From: Octopus vulgaris
Lineage: Eukaryota
DNA: 64,000 nucleotides
Direction: 5' to 3'
Assembly: GCA_951406725.2 (NCBI GenBank)
Contig: OX597814.1
Coordinates: 176,204,001 to 176,268,000, forward strand
Positions 1-13,115 of the stretch are shown one piece after another. The notes beneath the pieces are model-generated. The model was not told the DNA's origin and searched no databases. It saw only the letters and a program-made list of their open reading frames with translations. Positions within the stretch are counted from its first letter, which is position 1. The number at the start of each line of letters is the position of its first letter. The position numbers and the translations under genes are program-made.

Positions 1-690
1 TTAACTATTAGTCTTAACACACGAATCACAAACCAGTAAATTATGAAAAAAAATCTAATATAGTCTAAATCATAGACTGTAATACAGAAAGCCTATTATG
101 TAATAAAAAAATGTATAGTTTATTAATGGTACTTATTTCATATATCCCGGAGAGATGAAAGCCAGTGTCTATTTCGGTCTTCATTTGAAAATGGAATCGA
201 GTTTACATAACTGAGATTCTACAGTTCCGTGTTTTACTGTTTCAGTTGCTTTTAATGTTTTCGATAGAATTGATTTTTGTCGCTTCCTAACGCAAAAAAC
301 TATGTTTTATTCTTATTTATTTTCCTTATTACTGTCGCGCCATCGAAAATTGGGGTCTTTAAAACTGTGCTTCGTTTCTAGCAGTGTATTCTGTTGTTAC
401 TCTTCATCTGTTACCACCAGAAGTCTCAGCCTCCCTGCAAATATTATCAACCCTGGTGTTCCTCCTCTCACAGAGCCATAATGCGCATGCACGTGCACAC
501 ACATACACACACACACACATACTCAAACACACACACGCACATTCAAATTTTGTGTTAGAGGCAGCTCAATAATGTAAACGTTATCAATATCACATACGCA
601 ATGTATGCGTAGTTAAAGATTTATAGCTGCAGTGTTTCGTCTAAGGTAGGTTCCTTTAAAGACGTATGGAGTTACAAAGCACATTATACT

Positions 691-1073
691 GCTAGATGAA
701 AAGAAAATGGCCCCGGAAGTGAATGAAAATGACAGATACCGATGTTCTGTAATCTTTGCTGTTCATTGATACTGTGTACTTGCCTCACTTCCGACACGAG
801 TACGTAACACCCAAACAGCAGTATATACAAGTTGTGTAAAAATCTATTTGCTGATGTGAAAAAGTGTCGCATAAGTTGAACAAAACAGAAATTTCATGTT
901 AGAAGCATTAAAATAATGTAAACATTATCAAATTGTATACAGTTTTGGCTGGCTGTTGCGAATTTGTTTCGAACATGAGATGAGAGTACACGACACCAAG
1001 GAGCAGAAAAAACTGTAAAATGTCGGTATCTGTCGTTCTCATTCACTTCTTGAGCGATTCCGTTTTGCCTAGC
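691..1073. mobile_element. Old MITE-like element with ~140-bp diverged inverted arms
   Basis: gaagtgaatgaaaatgacagataccga (716-742) mirrors tcggtatctgtcgttctcattcacttc (1023-1049). The similarity extends to gctag/ctagc ends. Confidence 0.65.
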
Positions 1074-1180
1074 TTTGATATATATTTTATATTTTACCAT
1101 TTTATATTTTTAAAGGAACCTGCCTTAGATGGAATAGCGCAATTTCAAGCGTTTAACACACATACATTTGTTATATTTTG

Positions 1181-1592
1181 TCTTTTACTTGTTTCAGTCA
1201 TTAGACTGCGGCCATACTGGGGCATCGCCTTGAAGAATTTTTAATCGAATTAATTACCCCCATTACTTAATTTTTCTTTTTCTTTTCTTTTTTTTTTTTT
1301 TTTGCTAAGCCTGGTACTTTTTCTATCGGACTCTTTTACCGAACCGCCAAGTTACAGGGATGTAAACACATCAATACCAGTTATCTAGAGGTGGTGAGGC
1401 ACAAAGACAGACATGCATATATATATGACGAGCTTCTTCCAGTTTCCGTCTACCAAATCCACTCATAAGGCTTTGGTCGGCCCGAGACTATAGTAGAAGA
1501 CACTTGTCCAAAGTGGCACGAAGTGGGACTGAACCCGAAACCATATTGTTTGGAAGTAAGCTTTTTACCACTCATCCACGCCTGTGCCTGTA
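1181..1592 (-). mobile_element. SINE family A (tRNA head, internal microsatellite; probably octopus OK-type)
   Basis: Homologous to 15761-16177 on the opposite strand. Confidence 0.85.
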
Positions 1593-1630
1593 CTTCAAGT
1601 ATGTGAAATATGTGTGTGTGTATGTGTGTG

Positions 1631-1692
<62 letters not shown>

Positions 1693-2528
1693 CACACACA
1701 CACGTTAATATCGAAAAGGGAGAACGAGTGTTCAGCACTGCGTTGGTGGATAAATATTCTTTATTTATGGGTTATCCAGGCTTCTGTTGGTTTCATGTTA
1801 AGAGAGGTATATCGTTTAACAATTATCATACCTGTCGCATGACACACTTGTGTTCGTCTCCATCTTAGATGAAAATACCATGATGTCATATCTATCAAAT
1901 GTTAGCTCAAAAATTAAAATGTGGAATAATAACTAATTGCAATGATTTTTATATAATTTAATTTGAAGTATAACAATACTTAAAGTTCATTAAAAAAACG
2001 CAACACTTGTATGAAACACTTGACTTCCTCTAATACTAACTATAACTTCAAACTCCATTATTCAAAAGGAATAATCGTGGAAACATTGGAGCGTTATTTG
2101 TATATCGATTAGATTTATATGAGCTGACGCTTTGTGTAAACATTGTATTTGAAGAGGCTGCTTTCTTTGAATGCTGTTAATTAGAGATGTTGATACTAAA
2201 ATTTAGAAAAGTCTGTGGATTTGCTAATTTAAAATATTGTTTTATTAGTCCTATATGATATCATATAACATACAAATTTCCCATATGAATCCTCTAAACT
2301 TTATTTAAAGATGCTTCATTACTGTTGAAGACAAAATGAATGGGAACTTTAATATGCCAAAGGAGATTCTATAATTTATCAAAATCAAAGAGACGTAAAG
2401 AGAGAGATATGAGCAGAGTATTCCAGTGAGGAAGCAACAAATTAAATATAAACAATCTATTGTCATTCTTATTAAGAACAGAATATATATATAATTGTTA
2501 CAGTTTGGCACTATTAGTATAGCAAAAC

Positions 2529-2761
2529 AAGGCGGCGAGCTGGCAGAAACGTTAGCACATCGGGCGAAATGCTTAGCGGTATTTCGTCTGCCGCTACGTT
2601 CTGAGTTCAAATTCCGCCGAGGTCGACTTTGCCTTTCATCCTTTCGGGGTCGATTAAATAAGTACCAGTTACGCACTAGGGTCGATATAATCGACTTAAT
2701 CCGATTGTCTGTCCTTGTTTGTCCCCTCTGTGTTTAGCCCCTTGTGGGTAGTAAAGAAATA
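2529..2761 (+). mobile_element. SINE family B (MetaSINE-like central domain)
   Basis: aaggcggcgagctggcagaa head, gagttcaaattcc B box, core gaggtcgactttgcctttcatcctttcggggtcgat. Confidence 0.88.
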
Positions 2762-3155
2762 TATTATTTAGCAAAATGATGAAATTCGAAGTATCTTACT
2801 ACCTCGCTAATTTTTTCTCTGCTGTTATTGTTTTCTTTTAAATGTTTTCGTTATATATTCCTTGTGAGAGCTGTAGTTGGTCAAATGAAATTGTCCGTCG
2901 ATCATCAGACGGATTTCTGGTTCGGTATCTTTTGTCTAGAACTGAACTCTCAAATGGACATAGATAATCTAGCTACTAATAGTTACTAGTAAGGAATACT
3001 ATATCATCCTTGCAGGCATACTAGGAGTAATGCAAAACTGATGAATGCTTCGGTATTCCGAGCAGCACTGAATTGGAGTCTTCTCTGCTTACATCTTCGA
3101 GAAAGGATTGCACTGTCAGGCAACATTGCCATTATATCCGCTACATAAAGTGGAA

Positions 3156-3880
3156 CACTGGGTCGCTGTAATCGACTAGTCTCCTCCGCCAAGATTTCAG
3201 GTTTTATACACCTTTAGGATTATTATTATTACTAAAGCGGCGAGCTGGTAGAGTCATTAGCACGCTGGGCAAAATGCTTAGTGGTATTTCGTCCGTCTTC
3301 ACATTCATCGTTTCGGGGTCGATAAATTAAGTACCAGTGAAACGCTGGGGTCGATGTAATCGATTGACCCTCTCGACTTTGCCTTTCATCCTTTCGGGGT
3401 CGATAAATTAAGTACCAGTTACGCACTGGGGTCGATATAATCGACTTAATCCGTCTGTCTGTCCTTGTTTGTCTCCTCTGTGTTAAGCCCCTTGTGGATA
3501 GTAAAGAAATATTTCGTCTGTCTGTATTTCGTCTGTCTTTACGTTCTGAGTTCAATTTTAGCCAAGGTCGACATTGCCTTTCATCCTTTCGGGGTCGATA
3601 AATTAAGTACCAGTTGCGTACTGGGGTCGATATAATCGACTGCCCCCCCCTCCCGCAAAATTTCAGGCCTTGAACATATAGAAGTAAAATCGTTTGCACA
3701 CCGGATGACATGCTTAGCAACAAGTCTTCTAGTTTTACATTCTGAGTTCAAATTCTTCCGAGGTTGTCTTTGCGTTTCATCCTTTCATGGTCGATTAAAT
3801 AAATACAAGTTGGGCGCTGAGATTGGTGTAATCAACTAGCCCACTCTATAAACTTTCCGGCCTTATGCCTAAAGTTGAAA
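3156..3880 (+). mobile_element. Cluster of tandem/nested SINE family B pieces
   Basis: The core tttcggggtcgataaattaagtaccag recurs about four times. Confidence 0.85.
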
Positions 3881-5091
3881 GAATTATTAAATTATTACTA
3901 TTGTTAGTAGTATTAGTTGATAAAGTTAAAGGGATACGAGTTGACATGGTAATGTGTAGGGGTGGCTTAAAAGTGTTGTCGTACATTCCAGTTTTTTTTT
4001 CCATCAAAACAGACCAGGCTTGACTACGTATGTCTGTCACCATTTATAATCCGTTAAAATGTGTTTATTGCATACTGACACCAACTGACAAGCCGTTTCA
4101 TTGTTATTTTTTAAGTAACAGAATAACCGAAATGCTGAAGTACTGAAAAGAATTAGGTAGTTGTGTCCCTTTATAATTTGAAATCAGTTTCTTTTCTTTT
4201 CATCTTCCTTGAGTCATTGCAATAAGCACTAGTAATATATGGAAATGGATTCAGTCTATTATATCTCCAAGCCTTACAAATGCCTGGCTTTGTAACAATG
4301 TAAGAAATCGATACAATTCTTTATTCCATTTCGGCCCATTTCTATGGATGTATGTATAATTAACTTATCACGCTTGTAGCTGTTTTTCTTTCCTCTTCAC
4401 AATATGGTAACAGTTTATAATAAGTAATTTTTGTTTGCGTTGTTTTGTATATATGTTTCTTTATATACTTTCTAAGCATGAATTTTATATTTATGAAAGT
4501 TGTTGCATAGGTAACATGAATAGGAATCCCCATGTCTGTAGCCTCAAGCAAGCATCATCTTTTTCGTTTCACAATAATTTTTTTTCTTCTGACCGTATGT
4601 TCTAGTATGCTTAATGAGGTACTTCTCACATGAACGCCAAAAGAAATATTTCATCGGATTTCCTTGTAGTTTAATCGGTTTTCACACGTTTGATATTCTC
4701 TTATTTATAATTATCTGCCTTTAGGATTACATATTTTCCGAATACAAAATTGCTCTATGATCTCTGAAGATTATACAGAATAGTCACTCTTCTATATCTG
4801 CTCTAGCTTTCAAATCTTGTCGTCCAGCTGTGCTTGACGATTCGATGACTACTGTTCATATTAAAATAATAACATTCTCTCATTATCAAGATTGTCAGGA
4901 AAAGCTGCGTGTAGTGACAGGAACTGACAAGAGAAGAGTGGATTAAATATTGCTTCTTTCGCTATTATTTGTTTGGTGAGCTGACTCTATTGTTAGCCGG
5001 CATATATATTCTGAGGCGCCGGTTTCGAAGTTCAAATTCCGTTGACGTCGTCTAAATTCTCAGTAATATACTAAGAAAGTAAAGCAAGTAA

Positions 5092-5280
5092 AGCAGCGAG
5101 CTGGCAGTCGTTAACACGCCGGGCGAGATTACATTCTGAGTTCAAATTTCGCCGAGGTCGACTTTCCTTATTTTCCTTTCGGGGTCGATAAAATAAATAT
5201 CAGTTGAGCTCTGGAGTCGATGTAATCAACTTACCACCTTCCCCGACATTGCTGGCCTTGTGCCGAAATTTGAAACCAAC
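5092..5280 (+). mobile_element. SINE family B
   Basis: Family head and core. Confidence 0.8.
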
Positions 5281-5331
5281 ATACAACATTAGGAAGTTAC
5301 TTTACTCTTGAATGTGATAGGAAATTGTACT

Positions 5332-5665
5332 ACTCTTTTACCTATTTCAGTCATTTCACTGTGGCCATGCTGGAGCACCACCTTTAGTCGAGCAAATCGA
5401 CCCCAGGACTTATTCTTTGTAAGCCTAGTACTTATTCTATCGAGATCTTTTGCCGAACCGCTAAGCTACGGGGACGTAAACACACGAGCATCGGTTGTCA
5501 ATCGATGTTGGCGGGACAATTAGAGACACACAAACATATACACACACATACATATATACGACTGGCTTCTTTCAGTTTCCGTCTACCAAATCCACTCACA
5601 AGGCTTTGGTCGGTCCGAGGCTATAGTAGAAGACACTTGACCAAGTTGCCACGCAGTGGCACCCT
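5332..5665 (-). mobile_element. SINE family A, 5'-truncated
   Basis: Shares the family body and the gactgaaa(c/t)a(a/g)gtaaaagag tail. Confidence 0.85.
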
Positions 5666-6106
5666 GGGCAAGTGTCGAATATTTGTGCAAAAACGACATG
5701 GCTAATATTTCGTATTTCTCTTGAAGCGCAAAAAACAATCGCTTTATTTTCAAGTATTCATTGAAAGGATTTCCCTTAATTAAAAAGCCTTTTGACCAAA
5801 TGTTTTTCAGCCGCGAGCATAACGTCTTTTGTTTTTCAGACAACGTATTTAGGCCCATATTTTTGCGTCCTTACATTTTTAAGAGGGGGGAGGGTGTTGC
5901 TTGAGGAAGATTTGGCTGCTATTTCAAGCTGATCGCGCGACCACGCAGAAACTACTACTTTTTGCCACTGGTCGATTTTTTGTAAGGTGTCGGGCAGGAT
6001 GCTTCAAAATATCAAGTCAGATGCTTCACTGTTCTATGTAAATATCAGCAAGATACTGCAGTCGATTCAATTGTTTATATCCCTACCTGTTGTTCTTAAT
6101 CATCGA

Positions 6107-6368
6107 AATAATAATAAATGCGCCCCTTTTAAAGTTTAGCCAGGCTCATGGGCTTGGTTTCCCGGTTTCTATGGCGTATGTGTTCCCCAGCTGGACCGGA
6201 CGCCAGTCCATCGCAGCGTTACTTATTTTTGCCAGCTGAGTGGACTGGAGTAACGTGAAATGAAGTATTTTGCTCGAGAACATAACGCGTCGCCCGGTCC
6301 AGGAATCGAAACCACAATCTAACGATCATGATGCTCACACCCTAACCACTAAGCCACGCGCCTCCACG
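6107..6368 (-). mobile_element. SINE family C (tRNA head) with 12-bp TSD
   Basis: TSD cttaatcatcga at 6095-6106 and 6369-6380. Homologous to 13401-13650. Confidence 0.88.
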
Positions 6369-6865
6369 CTTAATCATCGAGGCAGATAGAAATACTCTTA
6401 GTGTTTTGTACTTAAGCATAAAACAAACATTTTCGCAAAAGCAGATAAATATCAGTATGTCTAAAGACTATTGTTATGATACCCAGGTGAAACCAAAACC
6501 TTTACGTCAATGTCATTCGTGCTTAAGATGTTTAAATGTTTAAGCTATGGACTGTCTTCTACATAAAAAATTATTCAAAACAATATATAGTGCTTCTTAC
6601 TAACAGTTATTCAGCCCCTTTTGTAGCTCGGTATCCTTTACATCAAATGGCATTTTATAAACGCCCCTTCGCACATTACAGTATATATAGACATCCACAT
6701 ACACACATTTTATATGTGTGTTATCAAAGAGAAGCGCATTTCCCCCACCACCACTGGGTTTTTTTTTCTATATTTTCTCATAGTATCCGAATCAGCATAT
6801 TGCTCATTTTAGAAATCATTCATGTGGGCTAGAACCCACTATGTTCGATATTTATGGAATTTATA

Positions 6866-8074
6866 TTGAGTCATCAATTACATGAACTAAAGGTCGGGGG
6901 CGGGACGGGATAAACAACCTGCATCAACTTGCTATAAAATCAGATAGTAATTTGACCTTGTACTTATTTTTAGTGCAAGCTTTGAAGAGTGCAGTTCGAT
7001 TTTAACAGTTAGTTTTTCAAAGCTATAATGTAAGTGACAAAGGAGCATATTCGGCATATTTTGCTTTATGAGTTCAATAAAGGTAACAACATTATGGAAA
7101 GTGCGACGAATATTAATGCAGTATATGGGGATCAGACAATAAGCGTAAGCCAGTGTCAACGGTTGTTCCCGAAATTCCGAGCCGGAAACTACAACTAAAA
7201 AGACGAGCCTCGTCCTGGAAGATCTGTAGAGCTTGACTAAGACGTCCTGGTGGAACAAAATCCCATCATAACTGTTGAGGAACTAGCAGAGACGCTTAGA
7301 TTTGGTCATTCAACCATTCATCGACATCTGCGTGCCATCGGAAAAGTCAGCAAATTGGGTCAATGAGTTCCTCACAAACTTTCTGAGTCTAATCGTGTGC
7401 AGAGAGTGAATGTGTGCTCTTCTTTGTTGTCACGTGTCACGAATGAACAATTTATGAAACTGAAGAGTTTCTGGTGACGAGAAATGGGTTCTCTATAAAA
7501 ATGTCAAGCGCCGAAGACAGTGGGTAGGGAAAGGAGAAACACTGGCACCCTAGGCTATAGGCGGTCTTTCACCCACGTAAAGTGTAGTTATCTGTTTGGT
7601 GGAATATGAACTTTCAAACCCAAACCAAACGATAACAAAGGAGATCTACTGCGAGCTGCTTAAGTCAGCGCTAGAAGGAAAACGACCATCTTTGGTTCCA
7701 AGACGAAAGGTATTCTTCCATCAGGATAAAGCTCGGCCACATACAGCGAGGATGACATTCCAAAGGCTGGAGTAGTTTGAATGGGAAACGATGCCCCACC
7801 CACCATATTCGCCGTACATTACCCCATCTCATTATCATTTATTCTTTAGTCTATAAAATCATTTGGACAGAAAAAATATAAATTCTACAGATGAGGTCAG
7901 AACAAGTATTGGAGGAGTAAATTTTGGAAGAGGGGCCTTGCAAATCTACCAGATAGATGAAGAGCATTGTAGAAAATGAAGGAGAGTATATTTTAAATTA
8001 AAAAAAGGACTTTGTCTTAATTTTCAAAAATATAAGAAATATTAAAAAACCGCATTATTTATGGGATGACCCAA
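6866..8074 (+). mobile_element. Decayed mariner (Tc1/mariner, DD34D-type) DNA transposon
   Basis: The left end TA|TTGAGTCATC matches the reverse complement of the right end GATGACCCAA, and the left TIR looks partly deleted. It contains a transposase relic. Confidence 0.88.
7028..8001 (+). pseudogene. Mariner transposase pseudogene (stops and frameshifts)
   Basis: Motifs: KEHIRHILLYEF; DEPRPGR; Q*VPH (WVPH motif); GDEKWVLY; HQDKARPH; HPPYSPYITPSHYHLF (YSPDLAPSDY motif); ENEGEYILN*. Confidence 0.88.
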
Positions 8075-8550
8075 TGCAATGATAATATATTTGATATTTG
8101 ACTCTGACGCGTCAACAGTCATTTTTCGGCTCATTGGTATCATACTAATAATCTACTAGTCCAAATCGTGACAAAGGGTTTTGAAAATGTATTTGAAAAA
8201 TATAAATATTTTACCTGGTTTAAATATTTTATTTCTAAGAAACATTTCATCCCCGTTACACATCCAACACTCTTTATAACCATCACGTGACAGTTGCTCT
8301 GCCTCCATTTGAGAACACAACAGCGACACAGGGGTGTTTCTACCTTATAGATGATATTTCTCTTCTTTTACAACACTAATAATGAACACCAACCCCAGTC
8401 AGAAAATAGTGACAGGCCCAAATGATGGGATACAAACCTATCTATCTCTTAGCGAGCGATTATGATACTGTTTCATGCAGAAGGTTCTCGTATATGGTCC
8501 ACAGTATTATTTTGAAAGGGTCGCAAAAACATATTCTTTTAGTTTTGAAA

Positions 8551-8947
8551 TCTTTGTATATAAAAGTCAAGTTGTGTGTCTGTCTGCTACGATTTAGATT
8601 CCTAACTACTCCCACATTTTGCGGTGCAGTTTAATCAAAACCGGATATCTTATAGTCGTGATTCATATCGAGCCCTTCTGGGTATTAGTGCGCGTCTACG
8701 ATGAGTCTACGATTTAAAAAAAAATTTACCATCATTGTTTTCCATTTTAATGCATTTGTTTCGCTATTATATAAGGGAAGTAACTCTCTAAAAATGTCTA
8801 CGATGAGTCAACGATTTTTAAAAAAATTTACCATCATTTTTTCCATTTTTAATGCATTTTTTTGCTATTTTTTTGCTATAACTCTCTAAAAATGCTTATA
8901 TAGTTATTTCCCTTACAAACCCGAGCAACGCCGGGCGATACTGCTAG
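8551..8947 (+). mobile_element. Non-autonomous Helitron
   Basis: 5' end A|TC. Subterminal GC hairpin cccgagcaacgccggg at 8920-8935. 3' end CTAG|T. No TSD. Contains an internal ~100-bp duplication. Confidence 0.8.
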
Positions 8948-8970
8948 TAATTGATAAAATCTAAAATACA

Positions 8971-9106
8971 TAGGCACAAGCATGGCTGTGTGGTTAAAAA
9001 GTTCGTTTTCCAACCACCTGGTTCTGGGTTCAGTTCCGCTGCGTGGCACCTTGGCACGTTGAACAAGTGTCTTCTGCTATAGCCCCGGTCCAACCAAAGC
9101 CTTGTG
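8971..9106 (+). mobile_element. SINE family A, 5' part only
   Basis: tggctgtgtggtt...gggttcagttcc head. The copy is broken just before the 35-bp array. Confidence 0.8.
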
Positions 9107-9125
9107 TTCAGATGAAATTAACAAT

Positions 9126-9787
9126 GAGACAAGACCAACACAGAAATACCCAGTAAAACCGAGACAAGACCAACACAGAAATACCCACGAAAACCGAGAC
9201 AAGACAAACACAGAAATACCCAGTAAAACCGAGACAAGACCAACACAGAAATACCCACTAAAACCGAGACAAGACCAACACAGAAATACCCACGAAAACC
9301 GAGACAAGACAAACACAGAAATACCCAGTAAAACCGAGACAAGACCAACACAGAAATACCCACTAAAACCGAGACAAGACAAACACAGAACTACCTAGTA
9401 AAACCGAGACAAGACCAACACAGAAATACCCACTAAAACCGAGACAAGACAAACACAGAACTACCCACTAAAACCGAGACAAGACCAACACAGAAATACC
9501 CACTAAAACCGAGACAAGACAAACACAGAACTACCTAGTAAAACCGAGACAAGACCAACACAGAAATACCCACTAAAACCGAGACAAGACAAACACAGAA
9601 CTACCCACGAAAACCGAGACAAGACAAACACAGAAATACCCAGTAAAACCGAGACAAGACAAACACAGAAATACCCAGTAAAACCGAGACAAGACCAACA
9701 CAGAAATACCCACTAAAACCGAGACAAGACAAACACAGAACTACCCACTAAAGCCGAGACAAGACCAACATAGTAATACCCACTAAA
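9126..9787. repeat. 35-bp minisatellite, about 19 units
   Basis: Unit gagacaagac(c/a)aacacagaa(a/c)tacc(cagt/cact/cacg/tagt)aaaacc recurs at exact 35-nt spacing (9126, 9161, 9196 ...). Confidence 0.95.
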
Positions 9788-10344
9788 CACTGCAGAGAAT
9801 ACCCATCAGATCCCGAAAGCTACACAGAATACACCCCCGCGGTATGCTAGAGACACAAAACCCAAAGCTACTGGCAGGCAACAACACAATTATTTAGAAT
9901 CTGATAAGCAGATTGGACGCTGCTTGCAGCAGCGATGCGATTACGTCATATAAATTTGTAACGTAAGCTTTAGATTATGTTTTTATTGTTTATTCATATT
10001 TCTACTGTTGTCATCAGTCGATTTAGTTACTTTAGTAATCAAATATTTACTTTACTGATAGCTTTTAGATGATAGAGTTTTCGAGAAAGTATATACAGTG
10101 CTTAGTAACAATCTTGAGTTTCTCTATAAAAGATATTCTTGCGTTTTCAAGCAAATTCGGTTTGATGTTGATTGAATTGGAGAAATTAATAGAAGAAAGT
10201 TCTGAAGCTTTCGTTTAATATTTTAAAACAATCATACCACAAGAAACATTCTTACATACATACATACATGCATGCATACATACATACATACATACATACA
10301 TACATACATACATACATACATACATACATACATACATACACATT

Positions 10345-10803
<459 letters not shown>

Positions 10804-10804
10804 G

Positions 10805-11200
10805 CATAAAAGCAAGGAAATGCTGGGACTTTTCAAAGGATATCCAAAGGAAACTGATTTGCAAGTTTCAAATCCAGTCGGTTACTGGTACAGCTAAAAT
10901 TTTTAGCACATTCTAAAGATTCTCCGTTTGAATTTCCAGGTTAAGTGCATGTGGCATATACATGCACTTACACATTGAGTGATATTGCATGTACTTATAT
11001 GCGCTTTATACATGTGCACACTCCTTTGATGAGTGTAAGTATAACCACATATACACTTTCATGTAAGCGCACATTAATTCATTGACATATTCACAAACCT
11101 CTGGAATTGCTTTGATTCAAACAAAAAGACTTTTCATTTTGTTGGTCGTGACCAGAGTGAATGCTGCGAAGAATTAAAATAAACTCAAAGCAAAAATAAA
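10805..11200 (+). mobile_element. 3' fragment of an RLE-type (R4/Dong-like) non-LTR retrotransposon, copy 1
   Basis: Translates LG-FSKDIQRKLICKFQIQSVTGTAKIFSTF*RF, homologous to the C-terminus of copies 2-4. Confidence 0.6.
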
Positions 11201-11317
11201 CACATACGTATATACACACAGCCCTCCCCCCACACACACACACACAAACAAAATAAACCAACCACTCACACACACACACACACACACATACACACACGCA
11301 CACACATAAACACACAC

Positions 11318-11698
11318 GTAGAGGTCAGCTGCCCTGCAGCTATAAATATCTCTTTGAAAATTAAAGAAAAGAGGATATCTATAGACAACTGCTTCGAACC
11401 CTCCAGCTTCTATATCCAGACTATGAATTCATATTCACACCAATAATGGGAGTACTAGGTTTTGTTAATAAATGCTTAAATGAGAATCTGGATAAACTTG
11501 GATTTTCAGAAAGAGAAATCGACCGGCTAATTCGTACGTTACAAGTGCAATCTGTGAGTGGAACAGTAAAAATATGCAAGACTTTTCTCAAGTTCCAAAT
11601 GTGAATTTGTCTGTGTTAACAGATGGAGCCTTGTATCTTTGTTGGAAATCGATTCTCTCTTTAGTGGTCGATTTATAATAATTAAAAAATAGAAGTGA
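11318..11698 (+). mobile_element. 3' fragment of an RLE-type (R4/Dong-like) non-LTR retrotransposon, copy 2
   Basis: Translates VEVSCPAAINISLKIKE/EDIYRQLLRTLQLLYPDYEFIFTPIMGVLGFVNKCLNENLDKLGFSEREIDRLIRTLQVQSVSGTVKICKTFLKFQM* (stop 11602-11604). A short UTR follows, then catacatac. Confidence 0.8.
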
Positions 11699-11707
11699 CA
11701 TACATAC

Positions 11708-12105
11708 GCATCGTCATAGAGGTTAGCTGCTCTGTTGATATAAATATCTCTTCGAAAATCAAAGTGAGAGAAGATAATTACGGACAACTGTTTCAAAACA
11801 TCCAGTTTCTATATCTCGATTATAAATTCATATATATACCAATAATTGTTGATGCACTTGGTTTTGAAAGTAAATGTCTACGGACAATCTGCATAAGCTG
11901 TGGTTTTCAGGAAAAAAAAATCAGCTAACTACTTCGCACATTACAAATGCAATCTGTAAGTGGAACAGTTAAAATATGCCGGACGTTTCTAAAGTTTAAA
12001 AACTGAATTTGTTCTTTATTACTTCCATTTCAACGATTGAGTGCAGCATCTTTGTTAGAAAGTAGCTCCTTCCTTGCAAGAAAATTTCAAATAATTAGAA
12101 ATAGA
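11708..12105 (+). mobile_element. 3' fragment of an RLE-type (R4/Dong-like) non-LTR retrotransposon, copy 3
   Basis: Translates IVIEVSCSVDINISSKIKVREDNYGQLFQNIQFLYLDYKFIYIPIIVDALG ... LRTLQMQSVSGTVKICRTFLKFKN*. Followed by (CATA)n. Confidence 0.8.
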
Positions 12106-12610
12106 ATACATACACACACACACATACATACATACATACATTCATACATACATACATACATACATACATACATACATACATACATACATACATACATACA
12201 TACATAATGATTGCCTCATCCTGTCAGATGATAGCCGTCTCACATTCAAAGATAGTGAGACATCTGTGCATCATCATTGGATTTAAGTGACAAAAGCTTG
12301 TACAACACTTCTCAAACTCCCTCGTAAGCTATTTTAGGTTCCAGCGACAATCATTGCAAGTTGTTCGGTACTATTTTGACTACAAGTTTGATTTCAGCAT
12401 ATCTTTCCCCGAGAAGAGCTGTCTTCCCTAGGATTTTGTCAAAAATAACGAGACCCTCCTCTACACCCTGGAGTGCGGGTGTTTCTCCTTTCCCAATTTA
12501 ATGTCATACCAAGGATATGCATACATACATACATACATACATAAATACATACATACATACATACATACATACATACATACATACATACATACATACATAC
12601 ATACATACAT

Positions 12611-13115
12611 AAGGAGAAGGCTGCTTCGAAGACTAGATCCAAGCCATTACAGGAACTGTAAAACTCTGTAAAACTGGAACATGTGAGTATGTCTAGATAT
12701 GCAAGTATGTGCATGAGAAAACATTCATAAAACAAAACATACAAATCTGCACACATACATACATACATACAAAAATACATACACACATACATACATACAT
12801 ACATACATACATACACACATACATACATACACGCATACATGCATATACACATACATGCATATATACATACATACATATATGCATGCATGCATGCATGCAT
12901 GCATACATACATACATACATACATACATACATACATACATACATACATACATACATACATACATACATACATGCATACGTACATATATACATACATACAT
13001 ACATACAAAAATACTCAGTTGATGTTAAAATTCCAATGAAGGAACCTTGGATCTCGGTTAGAAATCGGATCTTTCTCCATTAGCAAGGAATCTTGATATA
13101 AAACTGAATAATGAT
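12611..13115 (+). mobile_element. 3' fragment of an RLE-type retrotransposon, copy 4 (UTR interrupted by ATAC array)
   Basis: Translates RRRLLRRL/IQAITGTVKLCKT. Segment 13030-13110 (ggaaccttggatctcggttagaaatcgg) resembles the UTR of copy 2 (ggagccttgtatctttgttggaaatcga). Flanked by (ATAC)n. Confidence 0.65.

Noticed and set aside
9126-9787. CRISPR-like array
   Set aside because: Units are contiguous with no unique spacers, there are no cas genes, and the context is eukaryotic.
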